Shown: positions 48,213 to 56,564, counted from the first letter of the stretch. The stretch is DNA of 64,000 bases from an uncultured SAR116 cluster alpha proteobacterium (GCA_902532475.1 CACAIE010000003.1:11886-75885); one strand, 5' to 3'. Translations and numbers: made by a program. The notes: generated by a model from the sequence alone, not told the origin.

Positions 48213-48860
48213 ATGGAACAAACAAAAAAGCTTATAATTGAAATAACAAGTTTCTTGGACAAAAAACTAAAAAATAAAGCTCAACGAGAAATACTAAACA
48301 CATTAAAAAATATTTCTTTAGAAAAGAAAAATTATAATCATCAAATTCCGAACACACCACCAAAAAGAAATTCCCTTCAAAAAGCATTAAAATCTATTAA
48401 CTCCAAACCACTTATTCCATTAAGAAAATCCATTTTTTTAGCATCAAATGAGATGAAGTGGAATATTGATAATGGTTCGTTTTATGAAAAAAATTCTGGT
48501 ATTGGCAAACATTATTTAAAAGGAAATATGAACTCAGAATTAATTGGCCCAATAAATGGTAGTTTCAAATCTAATGAATTTAGATTAGGTTTGTTTCTTT
48601 TAGAACCAAATATCTTTTACAAAGACCACAAACATGAAGCGCCTGAATTATATCTAAATTTGACAAATGGAACTCATTGGCGCTTTAGCAATAGAATTTG
48701 GGAAGAAAAAAATGCTGGTAGTGTTATTTACAATGAGCCCAATATGGTGCATGCCATGAAAGTAAATGAAATTCCCTTTTTATCTATATGGTGCTGGCCA
48801 TATAATTCTTCAAAAAAATGTGTTCTGGTTCCAAGAAAAGATTGGATTGAGTTAGAATAA
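48213..48860 (+). CDS. Metal-cupin protein resembling DMSP lyases of the DddL/DddQ type
   Basis: 215 aa. Cupin motif 1 FYKDHKHEAPELYLNLTNG (H-x-H-x3-E-x-Y) and a distal NEPNMVHAM. This ligand/Tyr spacing is as in DddK and DddW. A roughly 100-aa helical N-terminal extension is present. Confidence 0.5.
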   Translation: MEQTKKLIIEITSFLDKKLKNKAQREILNTLKNISLEKKNYNHQIPNTPPKRNSLQKALKSINSKPLIPLRKSIFLASNEMKWNIDNGSFYEKNSGIGKHYLKGNMNSELIGPINGSFKSNEFRLGLFLLEPNIFYKDHKHEAPELYLNLTNGTHWRFSNRIWEEKNAGSVIYNEPNMVHAMKVNEIPFLSIWCWPYNSSKKCVLVPRKDWIELE

Positions 48861-48867
48861 CTTTATT

Positions 48868-49293
48868 ATGAAAATTATACTGGTTATATTCTTAATATTT
48901 TTCAACATTCCCTGTTTTTCTAAAGAAAGTTTAATCCAAGAAAGAATCACATTTTTTAAAAAAAGTGAAAAATCTTTAACTAAAATTAGCAAATTGTTAA
49001 TAACAAAAAATTATCAGGAAATCATTAATGAGGCTCAATTTATAAATGACTGGTCTATACTTATTCCATCTTTTTTCCCTGAAGGTACTCAAGCGACAAT
49101 GACAAACGATTCAGATGCATCATCAGACATTTGGATGAATTTTGATGATTTTACTAAAAAAGCAAAGGAGACAGAATATTACTCGCTTCAAATTATTAAC
49201 TCTGCATTAAATAATAATTTTGATGGGGTAAAAATCGCTTTAAAAAAAACATCTGCCAGCTGTACTTCTTGCCACAGGTCATTCAGAAATTAA
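48868..49293 (+). CDS. Periplasmic class II cytochrome c (c-prime / c556-like)
   Basis: Sec signal (MKIILVIFLIFFNIPCFS). About 120-aa helical mature part with a single CTSCH heme site 6 residues from the C-terminus, which is the hallmark placement of class II cytochromes c. Confidence 0.65.
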   Translation: MKIILVIFLIFFNIPCFSKESLIQERITFFKKSEKSLTKISKLLITKNYQEIINEAQFINDWSILIPSFFPEGTQATMTNDSDASSDIWMNFDDFTKKAKETEYYSLQIINSALNNNFDGVKIALKKTSASCTSCHRSFRN

Positions 49294-49316
49294 ATTTTTG
49301 CTAATAATTCAATAAT

Positions 49317-51155
49317 TTAAATTTCCATAATTTTCTTAGATTTACTAAAATATAATTTATTAACCAAAACTCTCCGATTTAAAATAAATGCCATTTGATT
49401 TATAGAACCTTTGTCAGTGATTTCACCTGTTGATTTAGAAAGTTTACCATTAAAAAAAACTGCTCTCTTGATAAATTGTGATTTACTCATTGTATTTGTT
49501 TTATAATCTTTAAGAATTTTCAAAGTTTTTTCTTTAATTATAGAGTTCTCTATAATCTTTGTATGGCTAGATTGTTTTAAATTAATACCAATTAATTTTG
49601 CGCAGTAAGAAAAGTTTGGGATCAGAATTGCACATAAAAACTCTTGGTCTTCACCAATAATAACTGCATCTGATGCAATTCCACCTAAAGCATCAAGAAG
49701 CTTACTTCTTATATTTCCAACTGAAACCCAAGAACCGGTATTGAGTTTGAAATTTTCAGCAACCCTTCCATCAAAATAAAATCCAAAAGTTGGATTTTTG
49801 TTTTTTGAAAATTTAAGAGCATCTCCTATTATAAAAAACCCTTCTTCATCAAAGGAAGATTTTGTTGTGTTTTTATCTTTCCAATACCCAGGCGTAACAT
49901 TGGGGCCCTTAAATCTAGCTTCAAATTTATCACCAAACGGCACTAATTTCATTTCTGTGCCAAATTGGGGTATGCCTATGTTTCCAATTGAATTGCATTT
50001 ATGATTTGGCATGGTAGCCATTGGAGCCGTTTCACTAGCACCATAAGCAGCAGAAATATAAATTTTTTTTCCAATATATTTAATAGACAACTCATCAAGT
50101 TTTTTAAAAACATGCTTTGGCATTGATGCACCAGAATAGACTAATAATTTTATATTTTTAAAAAATGTATGAGCAAGTTTTTTATTTCCATCTAAGCCTT
50201 TAATTAAAAATTCGTAACCTTTTGGAACGTTGAAATACCAAGTGGGGCTGATTTCACAGAGATTATTAATTGAAGTTTTAAACTCCTTAATAGTGGGGGC
50301 CCCTCTATCAATATAAAATGTACCACCTGTATATAGAACTAGATTGAATGCTTTATTTCCACCAGCTACATGCGCCCAAGGCATCCAGTCAACAATTACT
50401 GGAGGCTCTTTATTTAAAAATTGATATGCCTTAGTGGCCATCGCCATATTACTGCTTAACATTTCATGTGTCTGTATTACAGCCTTTGGTGTGCCCGTTG
50501 ATCCGCTAGTGAATAAAAACTTGGCTATACTTTCAGGACTTGTTTCTACTGGAGGAAAATGTTTTTGATAGTATGATTTTATTATTCTATCAATTAACAA
50601 GTTTCCATTTGAAGGATTTTTCCCAACGATAATTTTATCTTTTGGTAATTTTAATTTATTTAAGGCACTATTAAAAATCTTTCCATCACTGGCAAAAGCA
50701 AAGCCAGGATTCAAGATGTTTAAAACTGTTTCTAATCTTTCAAAATCATCTGAATATAATGAATACGCAGTTGATATAGGGGCGAATGGTATTTTTGAGT
50801 ATAAACATGCTAATGCTAATAAAGCATGGTTGAAATCATTTCCTGACAGAATTACTAAGGGTCTATTTTCAGAAAGTCCCTGTTTCAATAAAAAGAAAGA
50901 TAAACTTTCAACTTTTTTTAAAGTTTCTTTATAGGTTAATTTCTCCCAATCATTGTGTTCATCTCTTTGCGCCAAGTATACATTATTTGGCTTTTTATTA
51001 GCCCAAAAAAGTAATTTTAAAATTATATTTGAAGGCCATTCATCTGGTTGTTCTATGTTTTTAATTTTGATAATACCAGTATCTTCATGCTTAACTTCTA
51101 ATACTGGTTTTCCAAAGAGTATAGTTCTTAAGTCTTTTTTCAAATTACTAACCAT
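49317..51155 (-). CDS. AMP-dependent acyl-CoA synthetase, feruloyl-CoA-synthase (Fcs)-like
   Basis: 612 aa. AMP motif FTSGSTGTPKAV. DWMPWAHVAGGNKAFNLVLYTGGTFYIDRGAP resembles the Fcs-type block. GDALKF and a C-terminal KGSINQ are also present. Confidence 0.7.
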   Translation of the reverse strand: MVSNLKKDLRTILFGKPVLEVKHEDTGIIKIKNIEQPDEWPSNIILKLLFWANKKPNNVYLAQRDEHNDWEKLTYKETLKKVESLSFFLLKQGLSENRPLVILSGNDFNHALLALACLYSKIPFAPISTAYSLYSDDFERLETVLNILNPGFAFASDGKIFNSALNKLKLPKDKIIVGKNPSNGNLLIDRIIKSYYQKHFPPVETSPESIAKFLFTSGSTGTPKAVIQTHEMLSSNMAMATKAYQFLNKEPPVIVDWMPWAHVAGGNKAFNLVLYTGGTFYIDRGAPTIKEFKTSINNLCEISPTWYFNVPKGYEFLIKGLDGNKKLAHTFFKNIKLLVYSGASMPKHVFKKLDELSIKYIGKKIYISAAYGASETAPMATMPNHKCNSIGNIGIPQFGTEMKLVPFGDKFEARFKGPNVTPGYWKDKNTTKSSFDEEGFFIIGDALKFSKNKNPTFGFYFDGRVAENFKLNTGSWVSVGNIRSKLLDALGGIASDAVIIGEDQEFLCAILIPNFSYCAKLIGINLKQSSHTKIIENSIIKEKTLKILKDYKTNTMSKSQFIKRAVFFNGKLSKSTGEITDKGSINQMAFILNRRVLVNKLYFSKSKKIMEI

Positions 51156-51200
51156 TGCTTTAAGCTAGAAAATTTAATTCCGCATAAAAATTTGATTTTC

Positions 51201-52838
51201 TTAAATTTCCTCAGTTTTTTCTCTTAAAAGAAACTTTTGAATTTTTCCAGTGCTTGTTTTAGGCAACTCTCCAAAAACATAATTCTTTGGAACCTTGAAA
51301 CCCGCCAACAAACCACGACAATGTTGAACCAAATCTTTTTCTGATGGATTGAACCCATCGACTAGCTCAATAAACGCACATGGAGTTTCGCCCCATTTTT
51401 TATCGTTTTTTGCTACCACAGCAACGGCTGCAACAGAAGGATGTTTATAGAGGGCACCCTCTATTTCAATTGAAGATATATTTTCACCCCCTGAAATAAT
51501 TATATCTTTTGACCTATCCTTTAGTTCAATATATCCATCTTCGTGCCATACTCCCAAATCACCAGTATGGAACCAACCGTTTTTAAAAGCCTCATTTGTT
51601 GCATTGGGGTTTTTTAAATATCCCTTCATTGTAATGTTTCCACGAATTAAAACTTCTCCCATTTCAAGGCCATCTTGCTTTACTTTTTTCATATTTTCTG
51701 GATTAACAACCATCAAATCTTCTTGAACTGAGTATGTCACTCCTTGTCTTGATTTTATTTTTGATTGATCGGTTTGTTTGAGTTGATTCCATTCTGGTTT
51801 CCATGCACAAACCACAGCAGGTCCATAGACCTCTGTTAATCCATATGTGTGTATTATATCAATTCCACATTCAGCCATAACAGCTAAAACAGCCTCTGGG
51901 GGCGGGGCGCCAGCAGTCATCATCTTTAAATTTTCTACTATGCCTTGATCTAAATCTTTAATATTTTGTGCAACCATTTGCATAATTATAGGAGCACCAC
52001 AGAGATGCGTAATTTTATTACTATTAACAGCCTCAACAATTGATGGGCCGGATGGGTGCCTCAAACACACATGTGTTCCTGCCCTTTCTGTAATTGTCCA
52101 TGGGAAACACCAACCATTACAATGAAACATTGGCAATGTCCATAAATACCTCGGGTGCATATTTAGGTCCCATGTTAAAATATTTCCTATGGCATTTAAA
52201 TAAGCTCCTCTATGATGGCAAACCACTCCTTTAGGGTTTCCAGTTGTTCCTGACGTATAATTTAATGATATTGCATCCCATTCATCTACAGGATGTTTAG
52301 AGAGAATATTTGAAGCTTCAGATTTAGATAAAAACTCTTCATAATTTATAATATCTACACTATTTTGTAAGCTAGATTTATTGTTTCCTGCAACTTCATC
52401 AACTACTTCAATCAAAGTTGGCACCTTATCTAAACACTTTAACGCTTCACCAACGCATTTTGAGTATTCACTGTCAAATATAAATAGCTTTGCTTCACTA
52501 TGTTTCAAAATAAATCCTACTGTATTTGCATCTAATCTGGTGTTTATACTATTCAGGACAGCTCCTGACATTGGAACCCCGAAATGGCATTCCCACATTT
52601 CTGGAATATTTGGCAACATAACTGACACTGTGTCATTTTTAGAAATCCCCTTGGATGTCAAGGCGCTTGATAATAAGTCACATCTATTTGAAGCTTCTTC
52701 ATATGAGCGTTTAATTTTGCCGTATAATATAGCTTCAAGGTTTGGAAATACTCGCCTGGTTCTTGATAAAAAAGAGATTGGGCTCAATGGTTGATAATTT
52801 GAAGAATTTTTATCTAAATCATGTTCGTATATAGACAT
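51201..52838 (-). CDS. Short/medium-chain acyl-CoA synthetase (AMP-forming, AAE/ACN1-like)
   Basis: 545 aa. YTSGTTGNPKGV, HRGAYLNA, YGLTE, FHTGDLG, ISGGENISS and the C-terminal TSTGKIQK. Confidence 0.85.
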   Translation of the reverse strand: MSIYEHDLDKNSSNYQPLSPISFLSRTRRVFPNLEAILYGKIKRSYEEASNRCDLLSSALTSKGISKNDTVSVMLPNIPEMWECHFGVPMSGAVLNSINTRLDANTVGFILKHSEAKLFIFDSEYSKCVGEALKCLDKVPTLIEVVDEVAGNNKSSLQNSVDIINYEEFLSKSEASNILSKHPVDEWDAISLNYTSGTTGNPKGVVCHHRGAYLNAIGNILTWDLNMHPRYLWTLPMFHCNGWCFPWTITERAGTHVCLRHPSGPSIVEAVNSNKITHLCGAPIIMQMVAQNIKDLDQGIVENLKMMTAGAPPPEAVLAVMAECGIDIIHTYGLTEVYGPAVVCAWKPEWNQLKQTDQSKIKSRQGVTYSVQEDLMVVNPENMKKVKQDGLEMGEVLIRGNITMKGYLKNPNATNEAFKNGWFHTGDLGVWHEDGYIELKDRSKDIIISGGENISSIEIEGALYKHPSVAAVAVVAKNDKKWGETPCAFIELVDGFNPSEKDLVQHCRGLLAGFKVPKNYVFGELPKTSTGKIQKFLLREKTEEI

Positions 52839-53111
52839 TTTAATCTTACACCAAAATATATTTTTATTAAGATACTAAGCTACAAGAATTGATTTGCAAT
52901 AATAAAACACTATTTGGAATTGGGATCTATTTTATTAAAAAAAATAATTTGTAATGTTTTACATAAATAAATAAATAGTGTTTCAAAGGTCTTCATTGTA
53001 GAATTTAAATTAAGGTTTAAAAAAAGTACTTAATTAAATCAGATTATTTAATTATGCCACCAAATGAAATAAAGCTTAAAATTTCAGTTATTTTTGCAAC
53101 AAGCGATATTT

Positions 53112-54095
53112 ATGAAAAAGAATTTTTATAATAATTACAAACCAAATCCAGATCAAATGGCTCTTTTCCCTAAAATTTCTGGGAATACAATAAACGGCCT
53201 GGGAGAGAGAAAAATAAGAAATCCTGATTATGTTTATTGGGGGAACGACCCCAATGATATACACCATGGTGACTTGCAAAAATGGTTTTACACCGTTGAT
53301 CCGGGTTTAAAAGAGTATGATACAATTCGAAAAGAAAGAACAGAAATATTACAAGAACCACTTGCCAAGACAAAAAAAACAAAAACAAATTTTACAATCA
53401 ATAAAATTAATAATTTCTTTTCTAAATCAATAGAAAATAAATTCTTTGATAAGGTTGGTGTCACTAAGTTTAATCCTATTTGGTCTTTCAAAGGAATCAA
53501 AATTTCTTATAAAAACATCGTGATTTTAGGCTTTCAACATAACTATGAAAATATTAAAAAAAGCCCTAAACCTGAAGGGGGCCTTGAAGTAATGCGGCAG
53601 TATAAACGGGCCGCATATGGTGCAAAATATTTTGCAAATTGGCTAAGAAAAAACGGCTGGGAAGCAGAACCTCTAACAGGACCAATGTCAGGAAAAATAA
53701 CAATGATCCCCCCTGCTATTGAGGCAGGGTTTGGTGAATTGGGAAAACATGGCTCAATCATCAACCCTGAATTTGGATCAAGTTTCAGACTTTCAGCTAT
53801 TTTAACTGATTGTCCCTTACCATATACAAAAAAACAATCACATGAAGTTGATGAATTTTGTTTAAATTGTAAAATATGTGAAAATGAGTGTCCTCCTGAG
53901 GCGATATTCGATGAGAAAAAAACTGTTAGAGGAATAAAGAAATGGTATGTTGATTTTGATAAATGTTTGCCATTTTTTAATGAACATCAAGGTTGCGGTA
54001 TTTGTATAGCTGTATGCCCTTGGAGCAGGCCAGGGATAGGGTTTAATCTTGCAAACAAACTAATGAAAAGAAAGAAGAGACAAAAATCCTCTTAG
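53112..54095 (+). CDS. RdhA/QueG-superfamily iron-sulfur protein (two 4Fe-4S motifs), compact form
   Basis: AIEAGFGELGKHGSIINPEFGSSFRLSAILTDCPLP is followed by CLNCKICENECP and C-x9-CGICIAVCPW. This order and spacing is typical of reductive-dehalogenase and epoxyqueuosine-reductase catalytic subunits. No signal or TAT motif. ATG 53112 preferred over TTG 53094. Confidence 0.55.
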   Translation: MKKNFYNNYKPNPDQMALFPKISGNTINGLGERKIRNPDYVYWGNDPNDIHHGDLQKWFYTVDPGLKEYDTIRKERTEILQEPLAKTKKTKTNFTINKINNFFSKSIENKFFDKVGVTKFNPIWSFKGIKISYKNIVILGFQHNYENIKKSPKPEGGLEVMRQYKRAAYGAKYFANWLRKNGWEAEPLTGPMSGKITMIPPAIEAGFGELGKHGSIINPEFGSSFRLSAILTDCPLPYTKKQSHEVDEFCLNCKICENECPPEAIFDEKKTVRGIKKWYVDFDKCLPFFNEHQGCGICIAVCPWSRPGIGFNLANKLMKRKKRQKSS

Positions 54096-54550
54096 TGACA
54101 TGCTTCATTATATAACTTCAAACGCCAATAGTTATAAGGTAGAGGGGTAATAAATCCAATAAAAAGCATTATTGGAATTACCCACCATTTTAAAATTGCT
54201 CCCCCAGTTAAAATAACATCCGTAACATTCATAGCAACCTCCATAGATATCATAGAAATAAGGGACATCCCTATTGCAGTTTTAAATGCTATTGTTAATT
54301 TCATTTGACGACTTAAAATAATAGTTTCAAGAATAACAGATGTTATAATTCCATTAATGATTGCTAAAATCATAATTGAAATAACAGGCCAAGCAATTCC
54401 TGAGAATTGAAAAAAAGCTATAGTGCCAAAATCTCCAATGGAGCAGCCTAAAAGGCACCAAAAAGTATTATATGATGACCTGCTCCATGTATGCTTGCAT
54501 TGCCAATTAATCGAAATACTTTTTACAATTGTTGATATACTGATCTCCAT
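54092..54550 (-). CDS. DUF4396-like small membrane protein
   Basis: 152 aa, 4 TM helices, with an FWCLLGCSIGDFG motif near TM1. Confidence 0.45.
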   Translation of the reverse strand: MEISISTIVKSISINWQCKHTWSRSSYNTFWCLLGCSIGDFGTIAFFQFSGIAWPVISIMILAIINGIITSVILETIILSRQMKLTIAFKTAIGMSLISMISMEVAMNVTDVILTGGAILKWWVIPIMLFIGFITPLPYNYWRLKLYNEACH

Positions 54551-54739
54551 TAATTACTAATAATAGTATATCCCATAATCTCAAAGTAAAGGTCAACTTA
54601 ATACAATTAAAAAGATCATACTCTTCAAATATTGCAATTAATTTTAAAAGTTTCTATCTAAATGAAGATCAGCGTTCAGGCGATTTAAGAAAAATATATT
54701 AATGGTATTATATTATTAGAAAACCTGTTATCAAGCGTG

Positions 54740-56164
54740 ATGTTTCATAACAAGTCCATCAATCAAAATTTAAAAACTGCTATTCTTAATAAAGGATTCT
54801 CAAAGCTCACAGAAGTTCAAGATCTTGTAATTAATGAAAAAAACTCAGGCCGTGACCTATTTGTAAGTTCTCAAACAGGTTCCGGTAAAACTCTTGCTTA
54901 TAGTTTATCTATATTTGAAAATATTTTAGTCGATAAAAAAAGAAGTAAGTCTAAACCAACTGGACTAATTGTTACTCCAACTAGGGAACTTGCACTTCAA
55001 GTTTTTGAAGAAATAAAATGGTTATACGGGAATACTGATTTAGTAACCGTAACCTCTATTGGAGGTATGGATATAAAAAAAGAAAGAATGAAAATTACTA
55101 AAAAGTTTGATCTATTAATTGGAACACCCGGAAGAATAAATGACCACTTAAGGAAAAAATATCTAAATCTATCCAATTTATCTGTATTAGTTTTGGATGA
55201 AGCTGACGAGATGTTAGACTTAGGTTTCAAAGATGATTTGGACAAAATAGTTAGCTCATCTCCTGAAAATACAAGAACTTTATTATTTTCAGCAACTTTA
55301 CCGAAAAAAATAATTGCATTAGCCAATAAATATCAAAATAACCCCGTAAGGATCGAAATCTCTAATAAAAATAAACCTCACGCAGATATTGCTTATGAGA
55401 GTTATTTTTTAAATAGAAGAGATAATGAGAACGCAATATTTAATTTATTGAGATATTATGATGATAAAAATATTCTAGTGTTTTGTTCAACAAGATCGTC
55501 AGTTACTCATATTCATTCAAGGCTATTAAATAGAGGTTTTGATGTTGTTTGCTTGTCAGGTGCTTTAAGTCAATCTGAACGTTTTAAAGCTTTACAATCA
55601 ATGAAGAATGGGAGGTGCAGAATTTGTGTCGCGACAGATGTAGCTGCTAGAGGTATTGATTTAGTTAATTTAGATATCGTTATACATGCTGACCTTCCAA
55701 GAAATGCTGAAGGTCTTCTTCACAGAAGCGGCAGAACTGGAAGAGCTGGAAATAAAGGCAAATGTATCTTATTTTTTTCTCCAAATGAAATCAGACATTA
55801 TGAAAGATTAGTATCAAGCTCTGGCATCAAACCAAAGTTAAATAAGTTTTTAACTAGAGGAGAAATAGAAAAAAAAGATAATAAAAAGATTATTGGAGGA
55901 ATTTTTTCAAAAAATAAAATCAAAAATGATGAACAAATAATTTTGAATAAAATAATCAACAAACATTCTCTTGAAGATCTTGCTTTAGCTTACATTAGAA
56001 ACATGAAAGAAAAATTATCTCCCATTGAAGAAGTTGAGGACATTTCGCAAGAAATAGATAATTTTAAGGAAAAGCAAAGCAAAAATAATTTCAAAAACAA
56101 CAGAAAGAAAACCTTTAAGTTCAAAAATAGAAGAAAAAAAAATAAATTTAGTCCTAAAAAATAA
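54740..56164 (+). CDS. DEAD-box ATP-dependent RNA helicase with Lys-rich C-terminal tail
   Basis: Q-motif region, SQTGSGKT (I), PTRELA (Ia), DEAD (II), SAT (III), HRSGRTGRAG (VI), and the basic tail KKTFKFKNRRKKNKFSPKK. Confidence 0.9.
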   Translation: MFHNKSINQNLKTAILNKGFSKLTEVQDLVINEKNSGRDLFVSSQTGSGKTLAYSLSIFENILVDKKRSKSKPTGLIVTPTRELALQVFEEIKWLYGNTDLVTVTSIGGMDIKKERMKITKKFDLLIGTPGRINDHLRKKYLNLSNLSVLVLDEADEMLDLGFKDDLDKIVSSSPENTRTLLFSATLPKKIIALANKYQNNPVRIEISNKNKPHADIAYESYFLNRRDNENAIFNLLRYYDDKNILVFCSTRSSVTHIHSRLLNRGFDVVCLSGALSQSERFKALQSMKNGRCRICVATDVAARGIDLVNLDIVIHADLPRNAEGLLHRSGRTGRAGNKGKCILFFSPNEIRHYERLVSSSGIKPKLNKFLTRGEIEKKDNKKIIGGIFSKNKIKNDEQIILNKIINKHSLEDLALAYIRNMKEKLSPIEEVEDISQEIDNFKEKQSKNNFKNNRKKTFKFKNRRKKNKFSPKK

Positions 56165-56199
56165 GTGTGGCACTAATTCTTTTTAGCCCACACTTATTT
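56159..56199. terminator. Bidirectional hairpin between convergent helicase and cupin genes
   Basis: Perfect 12-bp inverted repeat aaataagtgtgg / ccacacttattt with a 17-nt loop. The left arm includes the helicase stop codon. Followed by a T-rich run. Confidence 0.55.
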
Positions 56200-56216
56200 A
56201 TTATTGTAATATAACT

Positions 56217-56564
56217 CTATTCCCAAGCGCCATGAAATTCATATGCTACAGCTGGAGTTTCACTAACCACCCAAGCATCATGACCAGGTTCTATGGAATA
56301 CGCATCACCAGCACCATAAGTCATTTCAGTTCCATCATCATGACGGCATGTAATTTTTCCTTCAACAACCACTCCTAAATGTTTAGCCTGGCAACTTTCA
56401 GTCCCGACTATCGGCTTAATATCATTAGACCATTTCCACCCTGGCTGAACTGTCAATTTCATTACTTTTTGGCCCCCAACATTTACAGTTTCAACTTTAG
56501 CATTATTTGGTTCACTTACTTCGTCTGCATCTTTTTCAAAGTTTTTAATTTCAATTGAACTCAC
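56217..56564 (-). CDS. Small cupin-fold protein, function unknown (paralogue of 42934..43305)
   Basis: 115 aa. QPGWKWSNDIKPIVGTESCQAKHLGVVVEGKITCRHDDGTE....AGDAYSIEPGHDAWVVSETP aligns colinearly, without gaps, over the core with the 123-aa cupin. Confidence 0.6.
   Translation of the reverse strand: MSSIEIKNFEKDADEVSEPNNAKVETVNVGGQKVMKLTVQPGWKWSNDIKPIVGTESCQAKHLGVVVEGKITCRHDDGTEMTYGAGDAYSIEPGHDAWVVSETPAVAYEFHGAWE

Noticed and set aside
51201-52838. The 545-aa acyl-CoA ligase as DmdB (MMPA-CoA ligase of the DMSP demethylation pathway).
   Set aside because: As I recall, DmdB proteins have a different N-terminal region (of the MLGQMM...PLLIS... type), related to AlkK-type medium-chain ligases. 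This ORF instead shows the AAE/ACN1-type N-terminus (DKNSSNYQPLSPISFL...) and an HRGAYLNA block. No dmdA, dmdC or dmdD genes are nearby. It cannot be excluded without phylogeny or assay.
52905-52983. 11-bp inverted repeat aaacactattt ... aaatagtgttt, separated by 57 bp, in the divergent promoter region between the CoA ligase and the RdhA-like gene. Considered as an operator pair or RNA stem.
   Set aside because: In a roughly 270-bp AT-rich spacer, an 11-bp inverted match has a non-negligible chance probability (my rough estimate is on the order of 0.1). The 57-nt loop is long and there is no second supporting feature. Kept only as part of the long-spacer finding.
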